Assembly (NCBI RefSeq): GCF_009914755.1 | Contig: NC_060935.1 | From: the human T2T-CHM13v2.0 reference genome, Homo sapiens | DNA: 64,000 bases | Strand: one strand, 5' to 3' | Part shown: piece after piece, positions 1 through 15,340 of the stretch | Numbering within the stretch: position 1 is the stretch's first letter | Layout of the letters: every line of letters starts with the position of its first letter | Program-made: the position numbers and the translations under genes | Notes under the pieces: generated by a model | Databases searched by the model: none | Told to the model about the DNA's origin: nothing | What the model saw: the letters and a program-made list of their open reading frames with translations, nothing else

Positions 1-269
1 CTTCTTAGAGTTGGGGTGGTAGGTGGTTGCTTAGATGATGTTTGGGCCTCAGCCTGGTGCTAATGGGGATGGGGACTAGGTGAACAGAAAGGAAGGCTGG
101 TGGAGAGATGAGGAAGGAGAGAAGGTGCAGCCACAGAGATCCCGTTCTCATGCCAACGTTGTTGTTAACCCAGAGGGAAAAAGGGAAGAGCTCCCAGGCA
201 CGTTGGCACGCCAGCATCCCCAGGCTGGGTTTGACATTTAAGGAGCACCAGCAATGAGTTAAGGGGCTA

Positions 270-650
<381 letters not shown>

Positions 651-1707
651 TCAGGCCAGAGCCCCCAGCCAGTCCGGATGCAGGGGCAACTTACTGTGGA
701 CTCTCTCTCCCGCCTTTCCAGAGGACTCCAGATCTAATGGGTGTTTCAGGACCCTGCAGTGAGAGCCACAACAATGGAGAAAGTGCCACAGTCAAGCCTT
801 TGTGTCCCCTTCTCCTTCTTGCTATGTGATCTGCAGAGGAGGGGATAAAAGGCTCATCTGAGGTCCTGGCTGGCTCTCTGTGACCAGAAAGTCCCTGAGC
901 CAATGAAGTGTTAATGCCTTTGCCCCTCCCCCCCATTCCTGCTCAGTTCACGGCTTTCCTGTCCTCTGAAATCCCTTCCTTGGTAGCCAGTTGCACCACC
1001 TCTTTACTTCAAGTTCTGCCACCTTCTCCTGAGGCAATGGCTCCCTTGCTTGGTTGGTTTCTGGGATGCTGAGTGGGGGAGGCTGGGGAAGCTTGTGCCT
1101 GGACTGTCTCGGGAGCTCCCAGTGACGGTGACAATGCACTGCTTCCATTTGTAAATGCCATGTGCTTTCCAGAATGCTTTTGAGGACCTTATTGTTATTT
1201 CATCTAAGCTTCAAACATAGCATCGTTCCTACCATATTTAATTCAGACTCTTTTCTCCTTTCCTGTCGTCACTTCCCCATCTGTGTGCACAGCCTGTGTT
1301 TACACAGCAGGTTTGCCGCAGCTACTCACTTGTCCAGGGTTACCATGCATATTCCCATAATAATCTGCGTTTCACCCATTTAGCTCACTGTAGAAACTTA
1401 GCCAGTTCCATGGAGGAAAAGTCCCACAATTCTCCTAATCTCATAGTCATCAACAACGCCATTAAAATGATGGCATCATTTTTCCATAGACATATTCCTG
1501 GCTTTTATCAACAGTGCCCAGCACATAGAAGATATCCAATAAATATTTGCTAAATGAATGAATGCATCAGTGAATGAGTGTTCTTTTGTGTGACAAATCT
1601 GTTTTATGGCCCCATTGTGAGACAAGACATGTTAAAGAAATATCCAGAGTGACCTTTGCATGTTTCGAGGAGCACATAGTCTGGTCACCAAACACAAGTG
1701 TCCACAG

Positions 1708-1896
1708 CCTGTGCTCTCCAAGATGGTAACCACTCATAACATGTGGCTTTTTAAATTCAAATGAACTAAAGTTGACTAAAATTAAAAATTCAGTTCCTCA
1801 GTCACACCAGACACATTTCAAGTCCTCAATAGCCTCACAAGGCGAGTTGCTTCTGCATTGCATGGTGCAGATTTTAGAACAGTGCCAGCGTCACAG
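1708..1896. mobile_element. MER3-like hAT-Charlie DNA transposon fragment
   Basis: Motifs ctgtgctctccaagatggtaaccact...aaaattcagttcctcagtcacacca...catttcaagt resemble MER3. Confidence 0.65.
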
Positions 1897-2310
1897 TCAT
1901 CTCCCCTGGACCAAATCAGAGAATTCAACTTCTTTCTATGGAAATGAATAAGAAGTTTAGGTAAAGGTTTTTGTTTCTTGATCCTGATTTTATTTTAAGA
2001 TTGATGCTGACGAGTATGCATTTGTTGGTTTTACGTGGAATCGTCAGCACATTTTACAGGCCATTCAGGCTGATGTTATACCTGAGAGCATTTCTGGTTC
2101 ATGATTAAAAGAAGCAAGAGGACCACAAGGTTCCCCATGGACATTTTGCTCTCACAGTTTCCCAAGAGAGAAAGGTTTGAGAAGGTTGGCTTCACTGGCT
2201 TCATTGACTTTGGGTTTCTCATGAACATCACCAACCTATAATGAACATGGGAGATCTCAATCACACAGAAAACCAGGTGGAAGTAGCAGTGCGAGAACTG
2301 GGAGCCATCT

Positions 2311-2627
2311 GGACATGGTGGCTCATGCCCGTAATCCTATCACTTTGGGAGGCCAAGGCAAGAGGACCACCTGAAGCAAGGAGTTCAAGACCAGCCTAGG
2401 CAACATAGTAAGACCCTGTCTCTACAAAAAATAAAGAATAAAAAAATAAATTAGCTGGCATGGTGGTGTGTGCCTGTAGTCTCAGCTACTTGGTACTTAG
2501 GAGGCTGAGGTAGGAGGATTCCTTGGGCCCAAAAGTTTGAGGCTGCAGTGAGCCGTGATCATGCCACTGCACTTCAGCCTGGGCAACATGGCAAGACCAT
2601 GTCTCTAAAAAAAAAAAAAAAAAAAAA
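2311..2627 (+). mobile_element. Alu SINE (AluJ-like)
   Basis: Dimeric Alu with J-type features (gcaacatagtaagacc, gtttgaggctgcagtgagc) and a poly-A tail. Confidence 0.92.
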
Positions 2628-3639
2628 GAACTTGACCACTTGGCAGGCTTTGACAATGGATCCTGAGGAAAATGGAACTGAACGGGACAAAGGAGCTCAG
2701 AAATTTTTGAGGCGGTTTGGGACATCTCAGGGCATGTCCACCTGGTAGGTTAATTATCCATTTCCCACAAGTTTTTATAATGTGGAGATTGAGCCTCCCT
2801 GCCCTGAAGACACATGTCCTTGAGACAGACAGACAGGCATGGCTCTGTTGGGCAAGGTTGGCACCTCCAGAAGCTTCCAAGAATAGAACACTAACTGTCC
2901 CTTATGGAGTAACTAAACCAGTCCCAAGCCCCCAGGAACTGTCCGTGGGTTTTAGCTGGGTTTTCTGCTCAGCTAGCTTTACTGAGCTTGACAAAGAAAA
3001 CATCTCCAGGTAAACCCAATGAAATGTTTTCTTTGGAGGACCACAGCAGGACTTGTTCACAAAATATCTACTTTTCCTGTAGATGGATGCCGGGAGACAG
3101 GAGACCCCTGTGCTGGACTGTCCAGGCTTAGCACTCCAGTCAAGCAGGATGTAGGCCAGCCCTGTCAGTGACTGTCTCCAGGGTAGCTGCCAACGGAGGG
3201 ACCAGCTGTGCACCAGAGAGGGAGTCTGAGCTCTGTGATGAGAGGATGCTTGGCTCCTCGTGTAGAGACCAGGCTGTCCTCAGTTCCCCTGATTCCCTTT
3301 AGAAGGGAGAGCAAAGATGACAATCAATGGGGCCATGAAGCTCATGAACACTGAGTTATCTGAGCTTACTCGTAGACAGAGTGGCCATATAATGCATCAA
3401 CAAAAGTGGGATAATTTTGAGCGGGATAAGCATTTCCTGGAACAACAGCATAAAGCGGAACTGTTCCAGGTAAAGGGGCTGTAGAATCACTCCACTAATA
3501 GATTTTAGGGTTGAAGACCTGGAAGGGATCTTACGGATCATCTAGCTCAGTCCTTTTATGTAGTAGGTAAAGAAATAAGCCCAGAGAGATAAAGTGCCTT
3601 TTCTGTACTATAATTTGTGAATTATAATAAGATGATTAC

Positions 3640-3800
3640 ATTTAGGGAGGGCTTACTATGTGATAGGCATGAGTTAGAACACTATTATTATCGCTAGTTT
3701 TCCAAAAAGGAAACTGAGGCATGGAGAGATTAAAGAACTTGTCCAAGGTCACAAGACTGGCAAGTGGTAGATGTAGAATTCAGATCCTGACAGTCTGGCT
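3640..3800 (-). mobile_element. MIR SINE fragment
   Basis: ggaaactgaggcatggagagattaaagaacttgtccaaggtcaca is the reverse of the MIR core. Confidence 0.7.
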
Positions 3801-5094
3801 CTGCGGGTAACATGTCAAAGATGACAGACTGTACCTCTCACAAACCAGCAGAATGGAGAGCCCCCTCAACCCTCACATCAAAACCCTGTGGGTGCTGTCA
3901 TTGTGCCCATTTTATGGATAAGGGGAGAACCAATTCACTCAGCTAGTAAGTGGCAATCATGTCTACAGAAAAGCACAAAGAAAATTATCGTGGGGAATTC
4001 TCAATCTAGTAGGAGAGATAGAACATAAACTATGAAAAACAACAATGGAAGGCAATGGTTAAATAAATATAAAAGCAACATGACAAGGCAGTCTAAGATA
4101 AAGTGCCAAATTGGTGCCAACAGACTTCAGCAGAATGGAGGTTCTTATGCTGGGCTGGAGTGAGCAGGGAGACTTCCTGGAGGAGGCAGAATGTGAGGTG
4201 TTCAACAGTTTGGTGAATGAATGAGATATGATTAGGCAGAGAAGACAGGGAGGCAATTCTATGCAGGTGAAGCTGCATATGTATATTAAATGTACATTAA
4301 ATATGCCTCCAAAGGTTAAGAGTGCAGGCGAGAAAGAGGTGGGGGAGTCTTACATAACAAGAAGAAAAACTATTTGAAATAGGACCTTAAAATGCAGGAG
4401 GTTGAGCAAGAAAGAGAAGGCATGGGAGCACAGGGCAGAACAATTGAAGGTGACAGAGGGAAAATGAACAGAGAACACAAAAGGAAAGGAGGAGCAGAAT
4501 GAAATAGAGCACAGGAACTGCGCAGAGACGGCCCTGGCTGCCGAGCTCTCCCAGAAAATGGACCTCCCCAGGCCCCACCTCCCTCCATCACTCCCATCCA
4601 CAAGGTTTCTGCCACATGTCACAGCAACAATATGGTAACCATATGCCCCGAGCCACAAAAGAACTAAACACCTTGGACAGAGCAGTTCACCCAGATGTGC
4701 TAGTTGGAAATACTGCACCCTCAGGACCTGCTTCCTGACTTGATGGGCCTGAGGTCACCAAGCATGGCTCAGCCGTGAATCACGGAAAAGAGGCGGCCAT
4801 TAAGAGCTGGAAAACGGATTCAGGGTCTCCCCTGTCCCCATGCCCTGAGAGGAAACGAAATAAAATGGATGCACGCCTCATCTGTGCGTCGAGTTGAAGC
4901 GGCATTCTTTTCTGGCTGCTGCCAGTCACACAAAGCGTCCCGGCTTGTGTGCGTGAGGCAGGACGTCCTTGCTTCGCAAGGCTGATTTTGCCTTCGTCCC
5001 CCTGCCAGGCTGCTCTCTGGGTGTTGCTGGAAGGGAGTGAAGCCCCCCCATATGCATGTTTCCTCGTGGGCTCCCTGTGATTGTAAGGGCCCCG

Positions 5095-5135
5095 GTTACC
5101 ATGGCAACTGCCACGTGAGGAAATTGTCGGATAAG
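5095..5135. promoter_or_regulatory. Candidate enhancer core: RFX X-box + E-box + ETS + GATA motifs
   Basis: GTTACCATGGCAAC (5095-5108), CACGTG (5112-5117), AGGAAA (5118-5123) and GATAAG (5130-5135) within 41 bp, in non-repetitive, locally CpG-enriched sequence. Confidence 0.45.
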
Positions 5136-7456
5136 ATCATAGCTTCTAGGAATAGGACCTCAAGTGGTTGTTTGGGGAAAGTGGTCAGTGGCTTCATGTT
5201 TAAATTTGAACAAGAAACAGTCACTGGGTGTGGCTGCTTTAAAAGAAAATTAGGCAAGCCTTGGGGGAAGGCTTCATCAAAATTACTCAAAGCGCAAAGA
5301 TAGAAGGGGTAGTCTGGCTGGTGTGGAGGTGTGGGCAGGCAGGGAGGGTTTGCATTTCCCATCGGGCGCTGAGGTTTTTATTTAACTTAATTCATTGCAC
5401 ACTTCTTAGGTGCCAGGAAGTGTGCCAACAACTGGGGATGAAAACCAGGAATCAGACTGATGAGGTTCTTCTCTTCAGGGTGCCTAACTAGAATTTGTCC
5501 TCGAGAAAAAGAATAGGAAAGTTCCCATGACCCCAGGAATCGAAGAGACAACCAAGGGCACATGCCATCCACACTCTTTCCTCTCCTCAAGGCTTAGAAA
5601 AACTGCAGAACCTGCCACCTCCACCCCTGGTGGACAAGCCTCTGCTTCCCCTGTGGGAGCCCATCCTTTAGGATCTGAATGTTCTGACTCCCACCTTCCC
5701 TTTGTCACGCAGAGTCCTCTCTTGTCCCTGCAGACCCAGATTGAGATCCTCTTGGTCTAGCTGCCAGGTCAGACCCATAAAGACCAGGCCTCAAGGGACA
5801 TTCTTAGAAGCCTCTTTCTCAAGCAATAGGAAAGCTCCGGAACTCCATCCTGGCTCCCAGGCTACTATTTCAACCCTGCAGTGGGTGAAATTCACTCCAC
5901 GAGGAAGCACTGCAGTCACTCCCCACGGAAGCTTTTCTTCCAAACTTTCAGCTCTTGGTGGTCAGGGAAGTCTGACCATTTATCATCATCGGAAAGCATG
6001 AAACTTTCAGTAAAGGATGGTTAAAAATGTCCAGGAGCTGGGAGATTAAGTAACTTGCCCAAAGTTGCACAGCCAATAAAGCTCCACATTGACCCAGCTG
6101 GTGGCCAGTGCCTTTTGTTAGAACAGATTTAAAGCAGCTGTCCATGAAGGGAAGCAAGCAGTGTGGTGATTGGCTGCCTTTTGACCCCATCTGCAGCCAG
6201 GATGGCCAGGGCTCCTCTGCAGGAAGAGGCTGCTCCCAGTGTGGTCCAGATCTTCACCCATCCTCAGGCGGCACCATCACTGGGATCAGGAAACCATTCC
6301 CCAGGTCAGGGACAACATTCACATCATGACAATCTGTAAGGCGCGGGCTGCAAGACAGCAGCCCATTGTCTTGAAGCAGGGTTCTGGAGGAGACACGGTG
6401 CCCATCACCTGCCCTTTCTTTGTCCCAGAGCAGAGGAGGGAAATGACGAATCTCAGCGCAGCAGCACTTTATCCACCTGTGTGGCTGTGCTGCAGTATTT
6501 TTCATGACGGGTACAGCCACTCCAGTGACATCTGGCAGAATAGAGTCCCAGGGAAAAGTATGTGGGACAGCACTTGTGCTGGTGCATCCAGGTGGCCTTC
6601 CCAGAAGCAGCCCTCCCTGCAGGTTCTCCCATGCCATGTGGGTTTTGTCGTGGTGGTTGCTGCTTCCATTTTTATCATCCCACCTTTGCTCCAGTGAGGC
6701 CTGTATTTAATACTTCCTACCCATCCGGCTAGGTGGGAGAATACTGGCTCCGTCTTACAGAAGAGAACATCTAAGCTGCTTAATGGTAGTAAGTCTCAAC
6801 ATCTCAGTCTGGCTTTGCTTTGCGCTGTCCCTTTGATACTGTGGGACCTACTTTAATGGTCAGGCCACCCCCTACTTTATTCTCTGAGAGGAGCTTCGTC
6901 CCGGACGGTCAAGTGTGAAGAATTACACCCAGTAGAGCATTGCCGACCCTTTTGTGGTTCCCACTGCCATCTAGAAAAAGCCACTGGACAGTGGACAGAC
7001 CCAGTGTAAAGAAACAGAAAGTAAAACACACTGTAAAATGTTCTCTTCGTGGGGTTCAGATGAATGTTCTATCTCCCATCCTGTGAGTTTCCATATTCAG
7101 CACTTTTTGCTTTTCAGCAGTAAAAGCATTCTCTGTGGGAGGAGAATTTAACTTTGATCTTTAGAGATGCCCTTTAAATGTGGTTATGGTCAAAAAAGTG
7201 ACTGTGAACACTCAAAGTCAACAGGCAAAGGTAAATACCACGGGAGACCTGGAGCAGCACTGAACGGGAGGCCCGTGAGGCACAGAAGGCCATGGCTCTG
7301 GATTCTGTTACAGGGTACAGTCCTGGGAGGACGCAGAGATCCTCTTCTCTGTGCTCACTTAGGCTATACCCTTCATTTGTAAAACACCATTAAATAAAGT
7401 ACTTTCGTCTGCAAATAATTGCAATTGCATCTTCTAGGAATTCTTTCTCTGGGTCA

Positions 7457-7864
<408 letters not shown>

Positions 7865-8459
7865 TCAGCCGGACACTCTGAAGCTCTGTGGCAGATTTGG
7901 CTGTGTGCTACGGCCTAAAATTGGAGACGGCAAAGTGGAAACGGTTTAGGGGAGGAGTAGAAGCTTTGCAGTCAGGCCAGCAGCATGGAGACTCATGAGG
8001 TGAGGGGCCAGAGGCAAGTAGCAAACCTCTTTAAGCCTCAATTTTCTTTTCAATAATATGAGGATCCTAACTCATATTTTAAAAGGTTAAATGAGGTGAT
8101 GATAGTAAAAGTTCCTTGGAAACTTCAAGTCATCAAATAATACATGTTCTATTTGATCGTTCTCATTTAAAAATGTGGTCCTTGTTTGGTTTTTGTCTGT
8201 TGTTTATTTTGTTTTTGTCGTTTGGAGATAATTCCACTATGTGTCTATCAGAGGACTTAGACTTTAATTCTGAGATCGATTCCCCCCTCACTGTGTGAAC
8301 CTAGAAGGGTTATGCTTTGTGCCTCAGTTTCCCCACCTGGACAGTCATGGTGCTGATTCCTGCCAGCCAGTGTCAATAACCACAGTGAAAGGATACTCAG
8401 ACAGTCACCTCTACAGCCTTTGAATATGGGTTTTCGGTTGCTGAGTAAAATGCTCGGAG

Positions 8460-8905
8460 ACGTTCCGGTTACTATGGCTACATAAGAAATTACCCCGAAA
8501 CCTAGTGGCATAAACCAATTATTAGGCTCATGAGTTTTGTTATCCTTCACTGAAGGCTCGTTCACTCTCAAGTCTGGAGGTTGACGCTGTGGTTGGCTGT
8601 GGCCTCGGTTCCTCTCCTGCGGGCCTCTCCATACGGTTGCTCAGCTTGGGCTAATCTGAGCTTCCTCACAGCATGGTGGCGATTTCCACGGACTAGAGGC
8701 CCAAGAGAGAACAAGAAGCAGGTGGAAGTCATAATACCTTTATCACTTTGTCCCGGAAGTCACGCAAGGCCATTTCTTGAGGCAATCATAAAGTTCCATC
8801 TGAGTTCAAGGGGGAAGAAAATAAGCTCTGCCTTTTGATGGGAAGAGAGAGGCAAAGATAAGAAATATTCTGATGGTCATTTTGAGAAAATGCGACTGTG
8901 CCTCA
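8460..8905 (-). mobile_element. Old MaLR (MLT1H/J-like) LTR fragment
   Basis: actatggctacataagaaattaccccgaaacctagtggcataaac...cttcctcacagcatggtggc...ccttttgatgggaagag resembles reverse MLT1. Confidence 0.6.
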
Positions 8906-10427
8906 TGCAAAGGAGTTTTCAGTTAATGCTTGATGACTGACTAATGTTTCCCACCTTCTTCCTTATCCAACTTTCCATAAAATTTACCTCCTCTTCCCTT
9001 TTCCCTCCCTGCCCTTTACGCAGTGGAAATGAGGAGCAAGAAATGCGCACATGTAGAGAGGAGAGAGAAGCAAAAGGCTTAGCCTTGCTAACAGCGGCCA
9101 CCTGCTCTTGGCACTTCAGATGAGACTTGGAGTGACCCCAACCCAGGCTGATCACCCCCACTGCTGCAGAGCCTGCTGGTTTCCCAAAGCAGAGAACACA
9201 GAGGGCTTTGCACCTAAGTATCTTGTTCGCATTTCATATTCTCTCCGACTGGCAAGAGAAGGGACTTCGTGTCATTATGCAAATAATGTAATAAAAAGCC
9301 AAAACTAGCGTGCTCCCTGTGGTGACCCTGGGTAATGGATATGCCAGAGATTAGCCTTCCAGAGCCCTGTACTGGGAGCGGCGGAGTGGGCCCACTGAGC
9401 AGGGCAGCCACAGGGAACTTGGTCTGGTTGCTTTTGACATTCCTTTCACCAGACACCTCCAGCCAAGCTGGTCAGCCCCAGACAACTGTCCTTAGGAGAT
9501 TCAGGGCAGAACAGAGGGAAAGGAATGGGAAGGACACAATGGGACATTGGTGCTTCTCAGGCCCCATGTCTTGGGTCATTCTGTGTTAGAAATAAAGCTC
9601 AGCCTACGTATAAGGAAGAACAGAGGGAAAGGGTCTCCCACTCATGTCCACTTCTGGCATTTTTCCTCCTCTAACTCCACTGGACTCATAACTGTGAAAT
9701 ATTTGTTCCTTCCCACACACAGGATAATGGCAGAAATTTCTGTTATGTCTTCCCGAGTGAAATGGGGAGATACTCAAACCACCCTCTTCTTCTTTCCTTG
9801 CCCCTCTGGAGGCTTTTCCATCTCGGCCTTAGCTAGACTGTTTGAAGATGCAATGGTTTGCTCATCGTTCATATCGGCCAGGCCACTGTGCGGCCATGCT
9901 CTGATCACATCCCATCACTCAACTCATGTGCACATGAAAAGTAACATTTGACTTAATCTAAGGAAAACAAATGTTGGAAGACACATTTGTAAGTATAACA
10001 AGAAAAGATGCATATAGGCACACATATGTGACAAATTCCAAAATAAGTGAAATTTTTAAATTCGTGAATGCACAGATGTACCCACGCCATTCTTCTGATA
10101 TTCACTGAGTATGTGGTGTACGAACAACAGTATAAATAGGTGCTAGCCACCTACCATTTTCATTATCTCACAACAGATGCCTCCTCTCCTCATTCACAGG
10201 GCTATTCAGGCTATGTAACAGAGCCTTATCTATGGCACCTAGAGGCCTGGACTCAGAAACCAGAGACAGGCAGAGGACTGAGCCTGCAATGGAATGACAC
10301 CCATGGTTTTAAAGGAAGAGTGGACACGCAGATTAGTGAAATCGGCTCTGTACTCTAGGAGCCCATGGGATTTGCATTTCAGGCTCTATCATCACCAAAT
10401 CTACTTATTAGTAGTTTAGGCAACTAA

Positions 10428-11161
<734 letters not shown>

Positions 11162-11172
11162 TTTTTAAACAA

Positions 11173-11475
11173 TTTTTTTCTTTTTTTTCTTTGGAGACAG
11201 AGGCTCACTCTATTGCCCAAGCCAGAGTGCTGTGCCGCTACATCGGCTCACAGCAAGCTCCGCCTCCTGGGTTCAATCGATTCTCCTGCCTCAGCCTCCT
11301 GAGTAGCTGGGATTATAGGCACCCACCACCACACCTGGCTGAGTTTTGTATTTTTAGTAGAAACAGGGTTTCATTATGTTGGCCAGGCTGTTCTCAACCT
11401 CCTGGCCTCAGATGATCTTCCCGCCTCAGCCTTCCAAAATGCTGGGATTACAGGCATGAGCCACCATGCCTGGCC
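11173..11475 (-). mobile_element. Alu SINE (AluS-like)
   Basis: Full reverse Alu ending ccaccatgcctggcc. Confidence 0.9.
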
Positions 11476-11784
11476 ACATTTTTAAGTATTTACTTTGTCC
11501 CAAGAACTTCAGGTGCTTGATTTAGGTACTTTACTCATATTATCTCATTTTATCTTTATCCAGAATTACCAGATCAGGTACTGATATTATCCCCAACCTA
11601 CAGATGAGGAAATGAAGTTCTTGGAAATTGTACTAGATGCGTAATGAGCAGCAGATGAAGCTTGGATAGAAACTCAAATCTCTCTGACTCAAGATTTATG
11701 CTCTAAGTTACAATAAACACCGGAGTTACACTTAAAGAGCTTATGGTCTAATTGAGAGGACAGAAAATTCACAAGAAAGAACCT

Positions 11785-11990
11785 GTGAAGAGTAGTGGTT
11801 ATGTGCTTAGGCTGTAGACCTGAATTTGGATCCCACATCACACTAACTTTCTGTGTGCCTGAGCAAGTTATTTCACTTTTCTGAATTTCCATTTTCTCAT
11901 CTGAAAAAATAGAATACATCCCTCATAGAATTGCCAGGAGGATTAAATTAGGTTACTCATGTAAACAGTGTTTTGTATTTAATAAGTGCT
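11785..11990 (+). mobile_element. MIR SINE
   Basis: gtagtggtt...tgtgtgcctgagcaagttatttcac...ttttctcatctgaaaaaatag...ggattaaa matches the MIR core. Confidence 0.7.
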
Positions 11991-13434
11991 GTGATTATTA
12001 CCACTTTTATCTGTTTTCTGTAACGACGACAGAGGGTGTATTATATCATGTACTAAAGGCACCTTGCCCAAACTGGAGGAGAAAAAGTATCCCACCGGTT
12101 CAAGTGCATTACTGGTAGCAGGCCCCAGCTGGATCCAGGACCAGGAGGGGGTCGTGGAAAGCAAGCATTTCTATCGGCAAATGTGAGTGATCTGCTGTAG
12201 CTCAGATGCCACCCCAAGCAGCTTGCCTTGCCAGAGGTCTCTGGTAAAGGGGCATCATTGGGTACAAATGTGCTGGGGCACTTCCCTGCCTGGAACAAGG
12301 GACCCTATGCCACCCTCTGGATCTAGGACTCAGTGGCTCTGGACCCACAGACCCAGCCTTTCCAGCATTCTGCAAAGGAAAGTGCTTCTCAGAAGCCAAT
12401 GACTAAGCCAGCCCAGGGGTTCCTTTTACAGAGACAATTGTTGGGTCAAGAAGGAACCCCAGAGCTGAGCCCCACATAGGGCTAGGAGCCCACGCCTCCT
12501 GTCTTTCTCACTTGGAAGTCAATTTTACATAGCATGGTCTAAAGCCTCATGGACCCCACAAGTCTTTTAAATAATAACTAACTTCTCTTCCCTTGAATAA
12601 AATAATCAGCAACAATAGGAGAAGCAAAGTCATGAGAAACGGAAGGAATGTAGTCCCTCTGAGGATGGCTGGTGAATTTGCATGCTGGTGTTCTTCCTAC
12701 ACCCAGCCTATCACCTCAGTTAAGTACTTATTGATGATTTATCCGTGGAAAGTTCTTGAACGCTAGCAACATGCTCATTTCTGTAAAGAGCTTGAAGTAC
12801 AAGGAAGAGTTTTAAGTTTAAACTTTAAAAAGTTTTAAGAGTTTAAGTAAAGAGCTTTATAAGACACACATGAAGTAGCAACAGCTCCTCATGTGTAACA
12901 AGCTGCAAATAAGTGAAATTTCTGCCAGCTCAGCAGCTCCTCGCCTGCAGACAGCAGCAGCCACATCAAGTTGCCCAGACTCATTCCTCTTGTTTGCCTC
13001 CTCCGTCCCTACTCTGGTCTTCCCAGAGCAATTTGGAGAGGGCTCCCTACTACCAGTGGCATCATAAAAATGACAGTGTACTTGCCAAGGGCATGGTCTT
13101 GGGGTGCTCCTAAAGCTGTTGAACTGCAAAAAGGGGTGCCGTTTATTTGCAGAAGCCACAAGAATGCTCTCCTCCCCAACTCTGCTCTTTCACTTGGGTC
13201 TCAAATCAGCTTGTCTGGGGCCTTATCTCCCCAAATCTTTTATTCCACTTAGGGGCCCTCACCTCCCTTCCCTTGCCCATATTGGCTTTTCAAATTCAGC
13301 CCAGTGAGCCAGACAGGGAACTCTTCTCCTTCGTCTTCTCTCTCTTCACAGCCCCCATGATCTATCTCTTCTTTTCTCTACATTGTAATGGAAAAAAAGC
13401 TTTTTGTCTAGCCATGATTGCAAATAGAAGGGGG

Positions 13435-13435
<1 letters not shown>

Positions 13436-13471
<36 letters not shown>
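13436..13471. repeat. (TG)18 microsatellite
   Basis: Direct read. Confidence 0.95.
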
Positions 13472-13472
<1 letters not shown>

Positions 13473-15340
13473 ACATATGCATACCCAAAGCAGTATTCTC
13501 ACGAGCTGTTAACAGCTCAAAGGAGTCATAGGTCATCATCAGAAAGGTTTCATGGAAACAGGAAGCTCTCAGGAAGATCTCACTTACCTTACACAATGGC
13601 AAAGATAATTGTGCATCAGGGTGAAAGAGTAAAGAAAGGTTACTTGCAGCAAAAGGAACCACAAAATTAAGGCACAGAAGCATACCTGAGTAGGGCTTGT
13701 CTAGTGGAGCAGTGAGAATAGTTAGAATTGGACACAAGTTGCAGCAAGAGGAAGTTGTGCAATGTAAGTGTGGCAGGTGGGACAAAGATGACCTTTGGAA
13801 GACAAGTGGCTGAGAAGAGATTTGCTGTGGTCCACCTCTAGGGAGCTCTCTGAGGTTTTTGAGCAGATTGTGGCAGGATGACAGCAGTATTCACAACTTG
13901 CAAGGGAGCTGGATCCAGCCAGGGAGCGCACAAGGTGTACTGAATGAGGGAAGAGCATGTCAGTGGGTCGTCAGGGAGGGAAGAGTCTCAGAGAGAAATG
14001 CCCAGACTGGACAGAAGTGTGAGGCATTCCCGGTGAACCGGGACGCTCTCCTCCTACAATGTTGCCACTTGATTGGAGTTTCCTTGATTGTGAACTACAT
14101 TCTTAAGGAAACTTCTATTCCAAAATGAGTTCAAACTGGTTTTGTGCCCTTTCTACACCTACACTCTATCTCATCACTTGTTTTTTTCTAGCTGTGTACC
14201 ACTCACTTCCTTAAGAAGTCTCTCCTGGGTCTGCCTCCAGAACCGCTGGCTTTGTGTTCTCTGTGTATTCTCTTTGCTGTGAGTCTTGATTTTGCCGTCT
14301 GCATGTCCCCTTGGTCAGGACAATCCTGTGTTCCCTGTTGCCTGGTCCACCCTCCTTAGGATAATGATGGGAGGAACTTTTTGCCCATCTATGGAGCATC
14401 ACTGTGCCCAGCCCTGCCTCCCGGGCTTCTTTGCCTCTGATATTCTGTCATCTTCTCCCCCAACCTAGAAGAGGGAAGGGAAAGAAATTATTTTACTGGA
14501 AACTCCAAGGTTCATGAATGATAAACTAAGAACGTAAGCCATTCTCTACAGCAGAAGATGCTACCTGATTCCTGAAATGTCATCTGTTTTTGTAGCAGGA
14601 CTGTGGTACATGTTCTTCACTCTTATCACCAAAAGACACTTAGGGGTCATAGGTGGTAATGTGTCCTCTGCTTCCAGTGCGGAGCTCAAGGAATTTCATG
14701 GAGTCAGGGACAGCTGTCTGAAAGGTTGCAATGTCACCCTTTTCAGCTCAGAACCATAATTCCTTGAGCCCAGATAACAGTTCAAAATTTAGGATATGAA
14801 GCCAAAGCTGAACTCTAGCTGAAATCAAGAGTGGATATAATAACCAAGAAACAAATGGTTCTGACAAGCACAGCTTTACTCTGAGCATGACTCAAGGGCA
14901 TCTGGTAGAAAATGAAGAAGGATCCCAGCAGATGTTAGGGCTAGGGAGATCCCCTCGGTTGGGGGATGTAAGTGTTTTAATATTGTGTGGGCAACTCTGC
15001 TTTGAATGTATGTCTGGAGGCACCTACACCATCCAAAGCCTTCTGGTGCAAAAGCAGGACTCCTAGAGTATATTCCAGTATTTTTTCCCTGATCCCAGCT
15101 GAAAACAGCCATAGAAGAGCCTCCCTTTTTGAATTATGGCTGTCTGTCCGCTGGGGTGGAGAATGGCCCTGGGAGACAAGAGACAGCCCATGGAGCAGGT
15201 TGTAATTCTACAGGCATATGAAGAGCATTCATTCTGAAGAAGACATTCAATTCAGGAATGTGAATTACACAAGGAAGGTAGACAAATCCCAGCTTTAACA
15301 AGTGCTGTTCACCTATCACTACATTTTCAAGTAAAGGTGG

